NCBI GenBank assembly: GCA_019113195.1 | Contig: DXHW01000042.1 | Location: forward strand, 7,750 to 71,749 | DNA: 64,000 nucleotides | Direction: 5' to 3' | Source: Candidatus Parasutterella gallistercoris | Lineage (GTDB): Bacteria; Pseudomonadota; Gammaproteobacteria; Burkholderiales; Burkholderiaceae_F | In this document: piece by piece, positions 1 to 10,800 of the stretch | How the letters are laid out: each line of letters opens with the position of its first letter | How positions within the stretch are numbered: the first letter of the stretch is position 1 | Position numbers and translations under genes: made by a program | Notes under the pieces: generated by a model | The model's database searches: none | Told to the model about the DNA's origin: nothing | The model's input: only the letters and a program-made list of their open reading frames with translations

Positions 1-618
1 TCAACGAAGGCTGTGCTCGACTGGTACCAGAAGCAGTTTGCCAAGATCGGCATTCAGCTCGATATCCGGGGTACGGACTACAACCGTTTCCAGGATAAAG
101 TGATTTCCGGCAATCACCAGCTCTTCCTATGGGGCTGGCTTGCCGACTACCCGGATGCAGAAAATTTCCTGTTCCTGCTTTACGGTCCAAACGCAAAGTC
201 CAAGACCGGCGGCTCCGGAGAAAACGCGGCGAACTATCAAAATCCGAAGTACGACGAACTCTTCAGCCGAATGCGTTATATGGACGAGGGTCCGGCTAAG
301 GCCGAGGCCATCAACGAACTGATCAAGATCGTCCAGGAAGACGCACCTTGGACATTCGGATACTTTCCGACAAGCTCCGCAGCGTTCCATCAGTGGGTGC
401 ACAACGGCAAACCCACGCAAGTTGTGCGCAATCACATTCAGTATCTGAGGCTCGATCCTGAGACGCGTGTAAAGGCCATTAAAGAATGGAACAAACCGAT
501 TTACTGGCCGCTGCTGGTTTTTGTTCTGCTGTCGGCCTTGGTGACTATTCCGGCCGTGGCCCTTCATAGGAAGCGGGAAAGAATGACCGCACGCACCACA
601 GAGGAGCAAGTCAAATGA
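1..618 (+). CDS. ABC transporter substrate-binding protein, family 5 (peptide/nickel); 5'-truncated by window edge
   Basis: Frame is open from base 1. SBP_bac_5-like C-terminal motifs (GWLADYPDAENFL, NYQNPKYDEL). First gene of a permease-permease-ATPase operon; ends in a hydrophobic helix. Confidence 0.85.
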   Translation, partial: STKAVLDWYQKQFAKIGIQLDIRGTDYNRFQDKVISGNHQLFLWGWLADYPDAENFLFLLYGPNAKSKTGGSGENAANYQNPKYDELFSRMRYMDEGPAKAEAINELIKIVQEDAPWTFGYFPTSSAAFHQWVHNGKPTQVVRNHIQYLRLDPETRVKAIKEWNKPIYWPLLVFVLLSALVTIPAVALHRKRERMTARTTEEQVK

Positions 619-1592
619 TTCGTTATCTTTTAAGACGCATCGGCTACGGCTTCCTGATCCTGATCGGCGTCAATCTTCTGACCTTTATGCTGTTCTTTAC
701 GGTCAACACGCCGGACGATATGGCTCGCCTCAATATCGGCGGCAAACGCGTGACCGCTGAAGCGATCCAGAACTGGAAAGAAGAGCACGGCTACGATAAG
801 CCGCTGCTTTGGAATGAGAAGGCCGAAGGCTCGGATAAGCTTACCGATACGATTTTTTGGCAGCACAGTGCGCGTCTCATGGTAGGAGACCTCGGCGCGT
901 CAGACGCAGGACGCGACATTGCCTATGAAATCAAAAACCGAATGTGGCCCTCGGTTGCTTTGGCATTTCCGACCTTTTTGCTTGGCGTCTTTGTGATTGT
1001 TGTGTTTTCTTTAGGTTTAGTGTTTTTCCGGCACACGAAGCTTGAAATCGGAGGCGTGGTCTTTGCCATTGTCATGATGTCGGTCTCGTCACTTTTCTAC
1101 ATTATTTTCGGGCAGTGGCTTTTCTCCAAAGTCCTGCGGCTTGTTCCGATCTCAGGCTTTGAGACGGGAACGGCCATGATTTCGTTCCTGATTCTTCCGA
1201 TTGCGATCGGCGTTTTCTCGCGTATCGGCGGAGACGCGCTGCTGTATCGATCGATGTTCCTGGAAGAAATCAACAAGGATTACGTTCGCACCGCTCGAGC
1301 AAAGGGCCTGAGCGAAACGGCAGTTCTCTTTAAACACGTGCTGCGCAACGCCAGCCTGCCGATTCTGACTTCAACGGTTGCCGTGCTCCCGATGCTGTTT
1401 TTAGGCTCCTTAGTGATGGAGAGCTTCTTCGGCATTCCGGGCTTAGGAAGCTTCACGATTGATGCGATCAATGCTCAGGACTTCGCGATTGTCCGTACGA
1501 TGGTTTTTGTAGGAACAGTCTTGTATGTCATCGGTCTGATTCTGACTGACGTGGCTTATACGATTGCCGACCCGAGGATCCGTTTGAAATGA
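615..1592 (+). CDS. ABC transporter permease (DppB/OppB-like)
   Basis: EAA loop DYVRTARAKGLSE, C-terminal DPRIR, ATGA overlap with the upstream gene. Confidence 0.92.
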   Translation: MIRYLLRRIGYGFLILIGVNLLTFMLFFTVNTPDDMARLNIGGKRVTAEAIQNWKEEHGYDKPLLWNEKAEGSDKLTDTIFWQHSARLMVGDLGASDAGRDIAYEIKNRMWPSVALAFPTFLLGVFVIVVFSLGLVFFRHTKLEIGGVVFAIVMMSVSSLFYIIFGQWLFSKVLRLVPISGFETGTAMISFLILPIAIGVFSRIGGDALLYRSMFLEEINKDYVRTARAKGLSETAVLFKHVLRNASLPILTSTVAVLPMLFLGSLVMESFFGIPGLGSFTIDAINAQDFAIVRTMVFVGTVLYVIGLILTDVAYTIADPRIRLK

Positions 1593-3004
1593 TGCCTAAA
1601 TTTGTTTTGCTTCCGACGGATATCGTGGTTGTTGTTCTTCTTGCGGCACTGACGTTTTATCTGATTCATGTTGCCCGCTCCGAAGAGCTCAAAGCACGCT
1701 GGCGTTATGTTGTGAGTTCCGGCGCCTCGCTGTGCTCGCTTTCGCTGCTGTGTTTCTTTCTTCTGCTCTCCGTCGTAGATTCGGTGCACTTCCGTCCCGT
1801 CATTGATGTTCAGGACGGCCGCGCGATCTATGACGTCAAAGCCTATTCCCTTCTGGATAAAGCGCTCGGCAAAGCGTCTTCGGCGGAAGAGAAGTCTTAT
1901 TCGATGCCGCTGGCGACTCAGACCTTTGAGAAAATTTCCCGCTTTGAAGACGGCAAACCTGTACGTGATTACGAACCGCTGAAAGCCGGCGGCGCGCATC
2001 TTAAAGCTCGAGCTGATTGGGCAGAAGACGTCATTATTAAGTCTGCCAGTGGCTTAGGCGCGGGGCTGGCGCTTAGCGCTTTGCTGTGGTTCTTAACGGT
2101 CGGATTGATTTCCCGTTCTAAAGGCCGCTCATTTAAGGAAGAAGTGCGCACTTTATTTAAGCGCCGCGACGAGGTTCCTTATGAAGCGATTCTGACGACA
2201 TGTTCTGTCTTAATAGTTCTCGGGTGCCTGATCGGCGCGCTCTGGCCGTACTATCACGTGATGGGGACGGATCAAACAGGAAACGATGTTCTTTATCAAG
2301 CCTTTAAGTCCGTGCGTACCGCCCTTGTGATCGGAACACTGGCGACTTTGACAACGCTTCCTTTTGCCGTGGTGCTGGGAATCTGTGCAGGCTTCTTCAA
2401 AGGCTGGGTGGACGACTTGATTCAGTACCTCTACACCACGTTGTCTTCGATCCCGAGCGTTCTTCTTATTGCGGCCTCGGTGCTGATGATCCAGGTTTTT
2501 ATTGACTCTCATCCCGGCATGTATGCAACCGGCATTGAGAGAGCAGACCTTCGTCTATTCATGCTTTCGATCATCATCGGTCTGACGGGATGGGCCACGC
2601 TCGCCCGTCTGCTGCGCGCCGAGACTCTGAAGATTTCTCAGCTTGATTACATTCAAGCGGCTCGTGCCTTCGGTTTGGGACCGTTCAAAATCATGAAGCG
2701 TCATGTTCTGCCGAATGTCATCCACATCATTTTGATTGTGGCGGTGTTGGATTTCTCCGGCATTGTTCTTTACGAAGCTGTGCTTTCGTACGTTGGTGTC
2801 GGCGTTGATCCGACAACGCACAGTTTTGGCTCCATGATTAATGCCGGGCGTCTTGAACTTTCCCGCACTCCGGTTGTTTGGTGGAACCTCTGCGCGGCTT
2901 TCACTTTCATGCTCACACTTGTGTTGTCTGCAAACTTATTTGCATCAGCCGTTCGGGAAGCGTTCGACCCGAGATTGGTCCTCAAAATCGGGAGGAAGGA
3001 ATAA
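1589..3004 (+). CDS. ABC transporter permease (DppC/OppC-like)
   Basis: HVMGTDQTGNDV, DYIQAARAFG and KRHVLPN motifs; C-terminal REAFDPR. Confidence 0.92.
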   Translation: MMPKFVLLPTDIVVVVLLAALTFYLIHVARSEELKARWRYVVSSGASLCSLSLLCFFLLLSVVDSVHFRPVIDVQDGRAIYDVKAYSLLDKALGKASSAEEKSYSMPLATQTFEKISRFEDGKPVRDYEPLKAGGAHLKARADWAEDVIIKSASGLGAGLALSALLWFLTVGLISRSKGRSFKEEVRTLFKRRDEVPYEAILTTCSVLIVLGCLIGALWPYYHVMGTDQTGNDVLYQAFKSVRTALVIGTLATLTTLPFAVVLGICAGFFKGWVDDLIQYLYTTLSSIPSVLLIAASVLMIQVFIDSHPGMYATGIERADLRLFMLSIIIGLTGWATLARLLRAETLKISQLDYIQAARAFGLGPFKIMKRHVLPNVIHIILIVAVLDFSGIVLYEAVLSYVGVGVDPTTHSFGSMINAGRLELSRTPVVWWNLCAAFTFMLTLVLSANLFASAVREAFDPRLVLKIGRKE

Positions 3005-4815
3005 TGCTTCAGATCTCTAATATGGTGACTGAAATCCTCACTTCCGAGGATACGGTTCGCGTCGTAGACGGCCTGAGTCTGACGTTGAATCGAGGAGAAA
3101 TCTGCGCCTTAGTCGGAGAATCCGGATGCGGCAAATCAATGACGGCGTTTTCTCTATTGAGACTTCTGCCAAGCTCCGGACGAGTCTCGAGCGGTGTTGT
3201 TACCGTTGACGGAACGGAAATCATGGGTCTGCCGGAAGCGGCAATGCGCAATATTCGTTCCTCCAAGATCAGTCTGATTTTCCAAGAACCGGCGACGTCG
3301 TTAAATCCGGTGATGACCGTCGGGGATCAAATTGTCGAGACGATTCTGCTTCATACTCCGCTGCGCGGCGATGAAGCGCGAGCAAAGGCACTCGACTGGC
3401 TGAAAAAAGTCGGAATTCCCGAGCCTGAACGCAGAATGAAATCATTCCCGTTTGAGCTCTCCGGCGGCCAAAAACAGCGTGTGATGATTGCTATCGCGCT
3501 GGCGGCCGAGCCGAACTACCTCATTGCAGACGAACCGACAACGGCGCTGGACGTTTCCGTTCAGGCTCAGATTCTTGATCTTTTAAAGCAGCTCAAGGAA
3601 ACCGAAAACATCGGCATTCTGCTGATTACTCATGATTTGGCTGTGGTAGCACAGGTCGCTGACAGAGTGGGGCTGATGTATGCCGGTGAGTTAGTGGAAG
3701 AGGCATCGGCGCGTGAGTTCTTCTCCAAACCATTGCACCCTTATGCGCGCAACCTGTTAAAGGCACTGCCTGAAGGAAAGCAAAAGAGCCAGATGCTTGA
3801 AGCGATTCCGGGCATGGTTCCTCGCCTGAACCGAGAGTTCCACGGGTGCCGATTTGCCGAACGCTGCAAAAAGGCGCGCCCGGAATGCTCTGAGCATAAA
3901 GTTGCCTTACAGGAGATTGGCGGACGAAAAGTTCGCTGTCTGTTCCCTGAAAATGATCCGGTTGAGCTTCCGCGAAGTGACGTGGTTGTCGAAAGGGAGC
4001 AGAAGAATGTGCCTCGTATTTTGGAAGTCAAAGATTACAGCGTTTGGTTCCCGATTCGCGGCGGATTTCTGCATCCGACGGAGTACGCCAAAGCCGTCAA
4101 CAATGTTTCCTTTGATGTGCTCAGAGGATTGACCACAGCGCTGATCGGAGAAAGCGGCAGCGGCAAAACCACCGTTGCCCGAGGCATTCTCCAGCTTCTG
4201 CGACAGCAGGCAAAAATCACGGGTTCTGCGCTCTTAAATGGAAAGGACTTAGGCAGCTTGAACGGTCCCGAACTTCGACAAGCCCGCGTCGATATGCAGG
4301 TTATTTTCCAAGACCCGTTCTCCAGTTTGAATCCAAGAATGCGCGTTAAGGAAATTCTGCTTGAGGGCCTGGAAAGTCTGCATCCTGATATTCCTGCAAG
4401 TGAAGCGCTCGGCAGAATTGAAGGTGTCATCGGTCTTTGCGGACTTCGTTCCGATTCATTGAATCGGTATCCGCATGAGTTCTCGGGCGGTCAAAGACAG
4501 CGCTTGGCGATTGCTCGTGCGTTGGTGGTTGAACCCAAACTTCTGATTTGTGACGAACCGACTTCGGCTTTGGATGTTTCGGTGCAGGCTCAAATCCTGA
4601 ACCTTCTGAACGAAATCCAAAGAAGCCGCGATATCTCGTACTTGTTCATCACTCATAACTTCGGTGTTGTGCGTTATCTCGCTGACGAAGTTATTGTGAT
4701 GAAGTCCGGAGAAGTGGTAGAGGCGGGATCGGCGGAAGAAATCCTTAATCGTCCGAAAGATCCTTACACCTGCCGTTTGCTGGAAGCAGTTCCAAATTTC
4801 GACTCCTTGAAGTAA
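3004..4815 (+). CDS. ABC transporter ATP-binding protein with two fused NBDs (DppD+DppF-like)
   Basis: Two Walker A motifs (GESGCGKS, GESGSGKT), signatures LSGGQ/FSGGQ, two DEPT motifs. Start reassigned to ATG 3004, which overlaps the upstream TAA and follows GGAGGAAGG. Confidence 0.92.
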   Translation: MLQISNMVTEILTSEDTVRVVDGLSLTLNRGEICALVGESGCGKSMTAFSLLRLLPSSGRVSSGVVTVDGTEIMGLPEAAMRNIRSSKISLIFQEPATSLNPVMTVGDQIVETILLHTPLRGDEARAKALDWLKKVGIPEPERRMKSFPFELSGGQKQRVMIAIALAAEPNYLIADEPTTALDVSVQAQILDLLKQLKETENIGILLITHDLAVVAQVADRVGLMYAGELVEEASAREFFSKPLHPYARNLLKALPEGKQKSQMLEAIPGMVPRLNREFHGCRFAERCKKARPECSEHKVALQEIGGRKVRCLFPENDPVELPRSDVVVEREQKNVPRILEVKDYSVWFPIRGGFLHPTEYAKAVNNVSFDVLRGLTTALIGESGSGKTTVARGILQLLRQQAKITGSALLNGKDLGSLNGPELRQARVDMQVIFQDPFSSLNPRMRVKEILLEGLESLHPDIPASEALGRIEGVIGLCGLRSDSLNRYPHEFSGGQRQRLAIARALVVEPKLLICDEPTSALDVSVQAQILNLLNEIQRSRDISYLFITHNFGVVRYLADEVIVMKSGEVVEAGSAEEILNRPKDPYTCRLLEAVPNFDSLK

Positions 4816-4881
4816 CGATCAAGAAGTTCGTACAAGGTCGACAGAGGCGCCTAGATACGGAGAGAAGTTCTAGGCGCTGTT

Positions 4882-5316
4882 AGCGAGATTCAGCGAAAGA
4901 CGAAATAAAAATTCAGAGGGGACTTTTATCTTTTAAGGAAGGATTTAAAGAAGGCCTTGCTGGTTGATCAGAGAGTTCTGGCTGTCAAAGAAAACCTCTA
5001 TTTTGAGGATTGAGCAGAAATTGAACAAGATTGAACAAGTATTGTGAGTCGGCCTAGCTTGAGAGGGAGCCACTTCATCTTTTATTTCGAAAATGACAGC
5101 AGTTTTTTCAGCGAAATTTCGCTAAAGATAAAATAAAAATTTAGAGGGGATTTTTATCTCTAAACGATCGGATTAAACAGACTTTTCCTACTGGGGCTAA
5201 GCGTTCTTGATGTCAAATAAAGTACCTATTTTTTGGAATTGAGTAGAAATTGAACAAGAATCGCGCAAAGATTGAGCAACTATTGAACAAGTATCGTGCA
5301 TAGGCCGAGCTTGAGA
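4882..5316. repeat. Degenerate direct tandem duplication (copy A 4882-5064, copy B 5110-5316) containing 11-bp phased ATTGA(A/G)CAAG-like repeats
   Basis: Copies are colinear at an offset of 228. The first 50 nt match at 42/50 by manual count. Both end in GGCC(T/G)AGCTTGAGA. Confidence 0.85.
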
Positions 5317-5330
5317 ACGAATTTCTCTTT

Positions 5331-5675
5331 TCAATCCGGAAAGAGTAACCGAGCGTTTTCCGTGATGTCTCGCTGGGTGGCTGCGATGTCTATAAAAACG
5401 TCTCCTAAGCGATCTTGATCAGATATGATCTGGATTCCGTTGTTTTGACACAAATCTAAGTAGACCGCCAGCGCCGTTCTTTTGTTGCCGTCCTGGAAGA
5501 AGTGACCTTTGAGGAGGCTGACAACGATGCTGGTTATCTGCTCTGGGACGGTGCCGTAATAGGAATAGCTGGACAGACATCCGCCGACTCGCTGTCTTCC
5601 TTCTTCTGAGCAGCGATTACCGGAGAGAGCCTCATTGATCAAGACAACCGCATCAATATCTAATGGCGTACTCAT
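5331..5675 (-). CDS. Fic/Doc family toxin (Doc-type)
   Basis: HFFQDGNKRTA matches the Doc motif HxFxD(G/A)NKR; 114 aa single domain. Confidence 0.88.
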   Translation of the reverse strand: MSTPLDIDAVVLINEALSGNRCSEEGRQRVGGCLSSYSYYGTVPEQITSIVVSLLKGHFFQDGNKRTALAVYLDLCQNNGIQIISDQDRLGDVFIDIAATQRDITENARLLFPD

Positions 5676-5800
5676 TTGTCTTTTAGATAATCAAAAGTCT
5701 TTTTGAAGGTGCTTAAATTTTCTTTAAAGCGCTTGAGCATCTGCTCTTTAGTATTTGGACGGAGCTCTTGTTTTTGAGAACCTGATTTCTTATCTGTCAT
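5672..5800 (-). CDS. Putative 42-aa antitoxin of the Doc toxin (below the ORF-track cutoff)
   Basis: Translated by hand: MTDKKSGSQKQELRPNTKEQMLKRFKENLSTFKKTFDYLKDK*. Its TGA overlaps the toxin ATG (ATGA). Amphipathic C-terminal helix. Confidence 0.75.
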   Translation of the reverse strand: MTDKKSGSQKQELRPNTKEQMLKRFKENLSTFKKTFDYLKDK

Positions 5801-5871
5801 GGTGTAGAAAGAGAAGAGCCGTTTAGATTTGATTAACCGGCTCGGCTTCTTCTCTCAAGGAGAACTAAAAA

Positions 5872-7818
5872 TTAACCTTGTTCGCTGAAGCGCTCTTTAA
5901 GCCGCTGAGGCAGTCCTCCGCTGCGTTGCGTGACGGTCTTTAAAGACATGCCCAGAACATCCTTAGCCCCGAAAATCTGGCACGTTTTTTCCGAACGAGT
6001 AATGCCGGTATAAAGAAGTTCGCGCGTGCATAACGAGGCAGCATCACTTCCGGCGCTCAGCGTCGGCAGGAAGATGGCGACATCACGGAAGCCGGAACCC
6101 TGCGATTGGTGAATAGTGATGGCAAAGGCAGTGTCATATTTTGGCAGCAGCTGAGCCGGAACGATTTTCTTCAGATCACCGATGAATGCATACCACGTCG
6201 GTTTGTCGGAATCAGCTGTCTTCAAGCCGAAAATAATAGCCACGTCGCCGTTGGCAACACCGAGACCGGAGTCGTTTTGACGAACAATGATGACCTTGCC
6301 GTTGTACATGTCATCGGCGGATGGGACTTTAAATGCCGATTTAACAAAATCTTCGCAAAAGTCATTGACGGCGTTGACGCCTGTGGGACCTTCACGCTGT
6401 GCGCATAAGGGCCGGAAGGTACTCAACTCGTTCCAAACCTCTTCAAGAGCTTGTTGTACATCACTAGGAAGGTTTTCGAAGCTGGCTGATCTGGGATCTA
6501 CTTCGTTTTTATCATTCGAAGTTAAAGTCAGGTTTAAGTTTTGGACTGCTTTGCAGTAGGTATCGAGTTTTTCTTCTAACCAATTCTGAGCCCGCAGAGG
6601 AAGATTTCTTCCTGCAGATTTGAAAAACACGCCGGTATCCTTAAATCCTTCGAAGGGACGATCGTCCGTATATTCAACTTGCGAAATAAAGCTGGAAAGG
6701 TCGGGATCTTTCTTTTCTTCGAGCGCGAGCATGCACTGAGCTAACCTGCCGATAGCGGATTTGTCATTGAAGCGAATGCTCTCTTTTAATTCAACGATGT
6801 GCCCTTTTAAAACTCCTGAATTATCAGAGATATCCGCAAATACCGAACCCGGCCCGACGGCTGCCAGCTGATGCTTGTCGCCTAAGAACACTGTTTGAGT
6901 TCTGGCCGGGTCAATTGCTCTGACAAGCTTCAAAGCCAAGGCCGAGTCAATCATTGAACTCTCATCCACGATTAGCAAATCTGCTTCAATCGGATTATCC
7001 GCAGACGGCCGTTTTCCGTTGGATAAATCCGTAACCAGTAATTTATGGATCGTTAAAGAGGTCAGCCTGTCTTCGGCAAGAGCTTTGCGAACCTCGGGAT
7101 AGTAAGGAGCAGAGGTTGGACCGGCATCCGCCTGATTTTTTACGGATTCAAGGAGGCGGCTTGTGGCTTTCCCGGTTGGTGCGCACATTTGAATGATGCC
7201 CTTCGGATGAATCTCCAAAAAGGCTTCGATGAACTTCACAACGGTAGTTGTTTTGCCGGTACCGGGACCGCCGCAAATGACGGAGAATTTTTCCGAAACC
7301 GCAAGTTCGGCTGCTTTCAGCTGTAGGGGATTTAAAGAGTAGGCTTTCTTGTCGCCCTTTTCTCGTGCATTCTTTAACGTCTGTTCTAGCTGTCCCAAGG
7401 CCTCTTTTACCTCGTTGACTTCGCTGGCGCTTGCAGAGCACATACCGTGAATTCCCGCAGCCAAACGGCTTTCAGAGCAAAAGTTGCGGCGGGAATAAAT
7501 TCTCAGCTTTTTCGGTTCGCTTACGTCAAGAATAAAGGGCGTCGGAGCGACAGAAAGGTTGTTGGGTTCATCAGCAATTTTGCTGCTGCCGTCTGTTAGC
7601 AGCTCTGCTTCCCTAAGCAGCTCCACGTATCCTTTATTTTGCGGCGTTGCATCAAGCTCGACACATAAACCACCGAGGTGTTCTGCTTGTCCGAGATGCA
7701 GCATGAAAAACGCCAGCGCATTTCGCTGCTCTGCCGTCACAGTTTTTCCTCGACGAGCTAAAAGATCAAGCAGAATGGTGCCGAGGTTTTCAAATGAATT
7801 TTGGTTTTGCGAAATCAT
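5872..7818 (-). CDS. recD: Exodeoxyribonuclease V alpha subunit (RecD)
   Basis: GGPGTGKTT, VDESSM, LGDKHQL, AITIHQSQGS and ELLYTGITR motifs; follows recB. Start set at ATG 7818 with AGGAG upstream. Confidence 0.9.
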   Translation of the reverse strand: MISQNQNSFENLGTILLDLLARRGKTVTAEQRNALAFFMLHLGQAEHLGGLCVELDATPQNKGYVELLREAELLTDGSSKIADEPNNLSVAPTPFILDVSEPKKLRIYSRRNFCSESRLAAGIHGMCSASASEVNEVKEALGQLEQTLKNAREKGDKKAYSLNPLQLKAAELAVSEKFSVICGGPGTGKTTTVVKFIEAFLEIHPKGIIQMCAPTGKATSRLLESVKNQADAGPTSAPYYPEVRKALAEDRLTSLTIHKLLVTDLSNGKRPSADNPIEADLLIVDESSMIDSALALKLVRAIDPARTQTVFLGDKHQLAAVGPGSVFADISDNSGVLKGHIVELKESIRFNDKSAIGRLAQCMLALEEKKDPDLSSFISQVEYTDDRPFEGFKDTGVFFKSAGRNLPLRAQNWLEEKLDTYCKAVQNLNLTLTSNDKNEVDPRSASFENLPSDVQQALEEVWNELSTFRPLCAQREGPTGVNAVNDFCEDFVKSAFKVPSADDMYNGKVIIVRQNDSGLGVANGDVAIIFGLKTADSDKPTWYAFIGDLKKIVPAQLLPKYDTAFAITIHQSQGSGFRDVAIFLPTLSAGSDAASLCTRELLYTGITRSEKTCQIFGAKDVLGMSLKTVTQRSGGLPQRLKERFSEQG

Positions 7819-7819
7819 T

Positions 7820-10800
7820 TCACGCAGCTCCTTTAGCACGAGATTCCAGGAGTTCACGACTAAATCCGTTTTTCAGGAAGTCGTCTAAACATTCGATAAG
7901 GCCATCTTTGGGACGCTCAAAGTATGTTCCGCGCCCTTCTTTGTTGATACCGCGTAAAAAGCAGTAAATCGCGCCTCCGATGACTTTATAACCCTCACCT
8001 TCAGGCAGATTTAAACGAACCTCGAGCATTCGTTTGAGCGCAACCAGGTAAAGCGTCAACTGGAGCTCATAGTGATTGTTTTTCATCAAGGCGTCTACGG
8101 CTTCTGGCGTGTACAGCTCGGGAGCATTATTGCGGTAATCAATTTTGTTCGTCTTCCAGTCGATGACCCAATATTTGCCGTCTGCGGCAAATGCTAAGTC
8201 GATGGAGCCCGTGAGGTATCCGCGCATATCGAGTTCCGATAAATGGAAGTCTTTATAACGAGAATCAAAGGCTGTTAGTGTTTCAGCCAAAAGACTCGCC
8301 GTCAGACGTTCTCTGCCCTTTATCGGAGCTCCGACGGAAAGCATGAATTTCAATTCCGGACGGCAATCTTTAAGATTTTTAAAAAGCTGAGCGAGGTGGA
8401 AGCCCGGCGTGGAGGGCAGAATCTTTGCTTCGAATAAATTTTCGAAGAACTCTTCCGTTTTGGTCTCGATTTCGGCCTTTCGTTCTTCTGTTTCCGGAGC
8501 GACATACCCCTTAAAACGATCATCTAAAAATTTGTAGACTCTGAGCTTCCAATTATGAAAATTTTTGTCGAAGATCTTTTCCAATAATTCATGGACTTTC
8601 GTGCCGAATTCGGCAGCGCTCTGAGAACCTTTGAGAACCTCCAAAATATCCTCTTCTTTCGATGCTGCGACTGGTTCCTCTGATTCTGAAGCTTCTGTTT
8701 CATCAGTGATGACGGCAGAATCCTGTGCCTCCATGGTTCTCAATAGGCTTGTGAAACTAGAGGAAATCCAGGAACGATTTTGTCTGTCACCGCGACCGGC
8801 TCTGAGATCAAGATGTTCGATCTGTTCTCTAATGGAGACTTCGAAGTCACTAAATTTGCCGGGTTCGAAGTCAAAACGAATATCAAAAGGAGAGTAAGCA
8901 TTCAAGGCTTTTTCAGAGAGCATGAGAGGATGTGCGTTGTTTTTGTTGTGCTCGGATATTCCTTCAAGCAGGGCTTTTCTCACTTCTCTTGCCGACGCTT
9001 CCTTCGGGCTCAAAGCTTCCCGCAGCCGGTTCAGCCCGTTAATTATGGCCATTCCTCCTGACGTTTCTCCGCTGATAGCCTGCGCAAGCGGATATTTTCC
9101 GCCGACGCTTCCGTGCGGCGCCCCTGATTTAGTCTTCTTAAAGAAATAAGGCAGGACCACTCTTGCTGTTGCCCGCGTCATAGCGACATATAACAATCTC
9201 ATTGACTCTTCATAAGATTTCTCAACAAAGTCGTCGGGAGCCTTTTGTTCGGTTTCATAGAAGGTAATGACACCTGTTGCATCGTCTCTAAATTCTTGAC
9301 TCTTGGAAAAGCTTATTGGCCGATCAAGGTAGTAAACAACCGGGTATTGAAGTCCTTTACTGCTGTGAATGGTCTCTACCCGAACCACATCGGAATCGGT
9401 TTCACGTCTCAGGGTATAGCTGTCGTTGTTCTTTTTTTGTTCTTGTTTTAACCAGCGAAGCAGCCCCTGCAGATTATCTATGGTGTTGTGCTGCTGATGC
9501 AGAAGCTCCAAGATGTGCTGATAGTTCGTGAGGGCGCGTTCTCCGCCGTATTGCAGTAAACGCTCTTCGGTTTTGGCGCCGGCGAAAAGGTTAGAGACTG
9601 CAGCGATGATTCCTCTCTTTTCGTAGATTTTCGCTGAATTCTCCAATAGCAAGCGTGCCTGGGCAGAGGCCGCATCGTTGTTTAGTAAGTCATTCAACGA
9701 GTCGCCGAAAATTCGGGTTGCCTGAGCCGCTGCCACAAGACGCGTATCTCTCGGATCGTACATAGCCTCCAGAACGCTCTTGAGTTCGTGCGCTTCTTTA
9801 GAACATAAGACGTTTTCATTCGAGGAGCGAAGAGTTCGAATGCCTCGCTTGCGCAACTGCTCAATAACTTTGTCAGCATGGAAGCGCTTTGCGACCAATA
9901 TGGCGATGTCACTGGGCCTCAGTCTCCGGCCTTCATAGAGAACGTTTTCCTTTAGTAAGGATTCGATTTCCTCTGCGATGGCAATAGCCTCCATATCGCG
10001 AAGAGCCTCTGCATTGGACAAGGCCTTAGTGTCGGCGTTAGACCAGAAAGCGAAAGAGGGGAGGGGTTCGAGTTTACCGTTTTTCTCTAGGAGGAGCGGT
10101 AGTTTTTTCTTATTAAACTGCACCGGCGAATAGGTCAGAGCCTGATTCAAAAAGCCGCCGTCGGGCCCTTTTCCTTCCGGATTGAAGTATTCATTAACTC
10201 CGGCGATGATTCCCGGCGTTGAACGATAATTCTTCACTAACTGGTAAAGGTTGTTGATTTCATTTTTGGCTAACAGATACGTTTCGAGACTGGCATTCCT
10301 GAAGCGATAAATAGACTGTTTCGGGTCGCCGACAAAGATGACGGGTTTAGAGCCTTCCGGATCATCTAAGAACAGATGTTTGAAAATAGAGTATTGAATC
10401 GGGTCCGTATCCTGAAATTCGTCAATTAATGCAGCGCCATAAAGATTTTGAATGGCTTTGGTGAATTCCGGATCTTTAACAATGCGTTCTTCTGCTTCAA
10501 TCAGCAGGTCATCGAACGTAAATAGACGCTCATCTTTCTTGTTTTTTTCGTAGAGAGTTGTTGCCTGATCAATAAAAGTATTAAAAAACTGATTGGTTTC
10601 TTCTTCAGGCTCATGCTCGGAGTCTTTCATCAGCTTCATTTGCTGAGTGAGGGGCTTAGTTCTGCTCAGGCCGGCAGCAGTCGATAGGATGTCTGCCCAT
10701 GGAATGTCGCGAGCTAGAGATAGTTGTTCCGTAGGGCAGGTTGGATAAGCCTTGGGAAGATTTGTACGAAGAAAAGTAGTTAACGCTTTATCTTTCGCAT

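Noticed and set aside
4882-5316. CRISPR array or IS/MITE interpretation of the repeats
   Set aside because: There are only two long degenerate units, with no constant repeat-spacer pattern, no cas genes, and no terminal inverted repeats or target duplication found.
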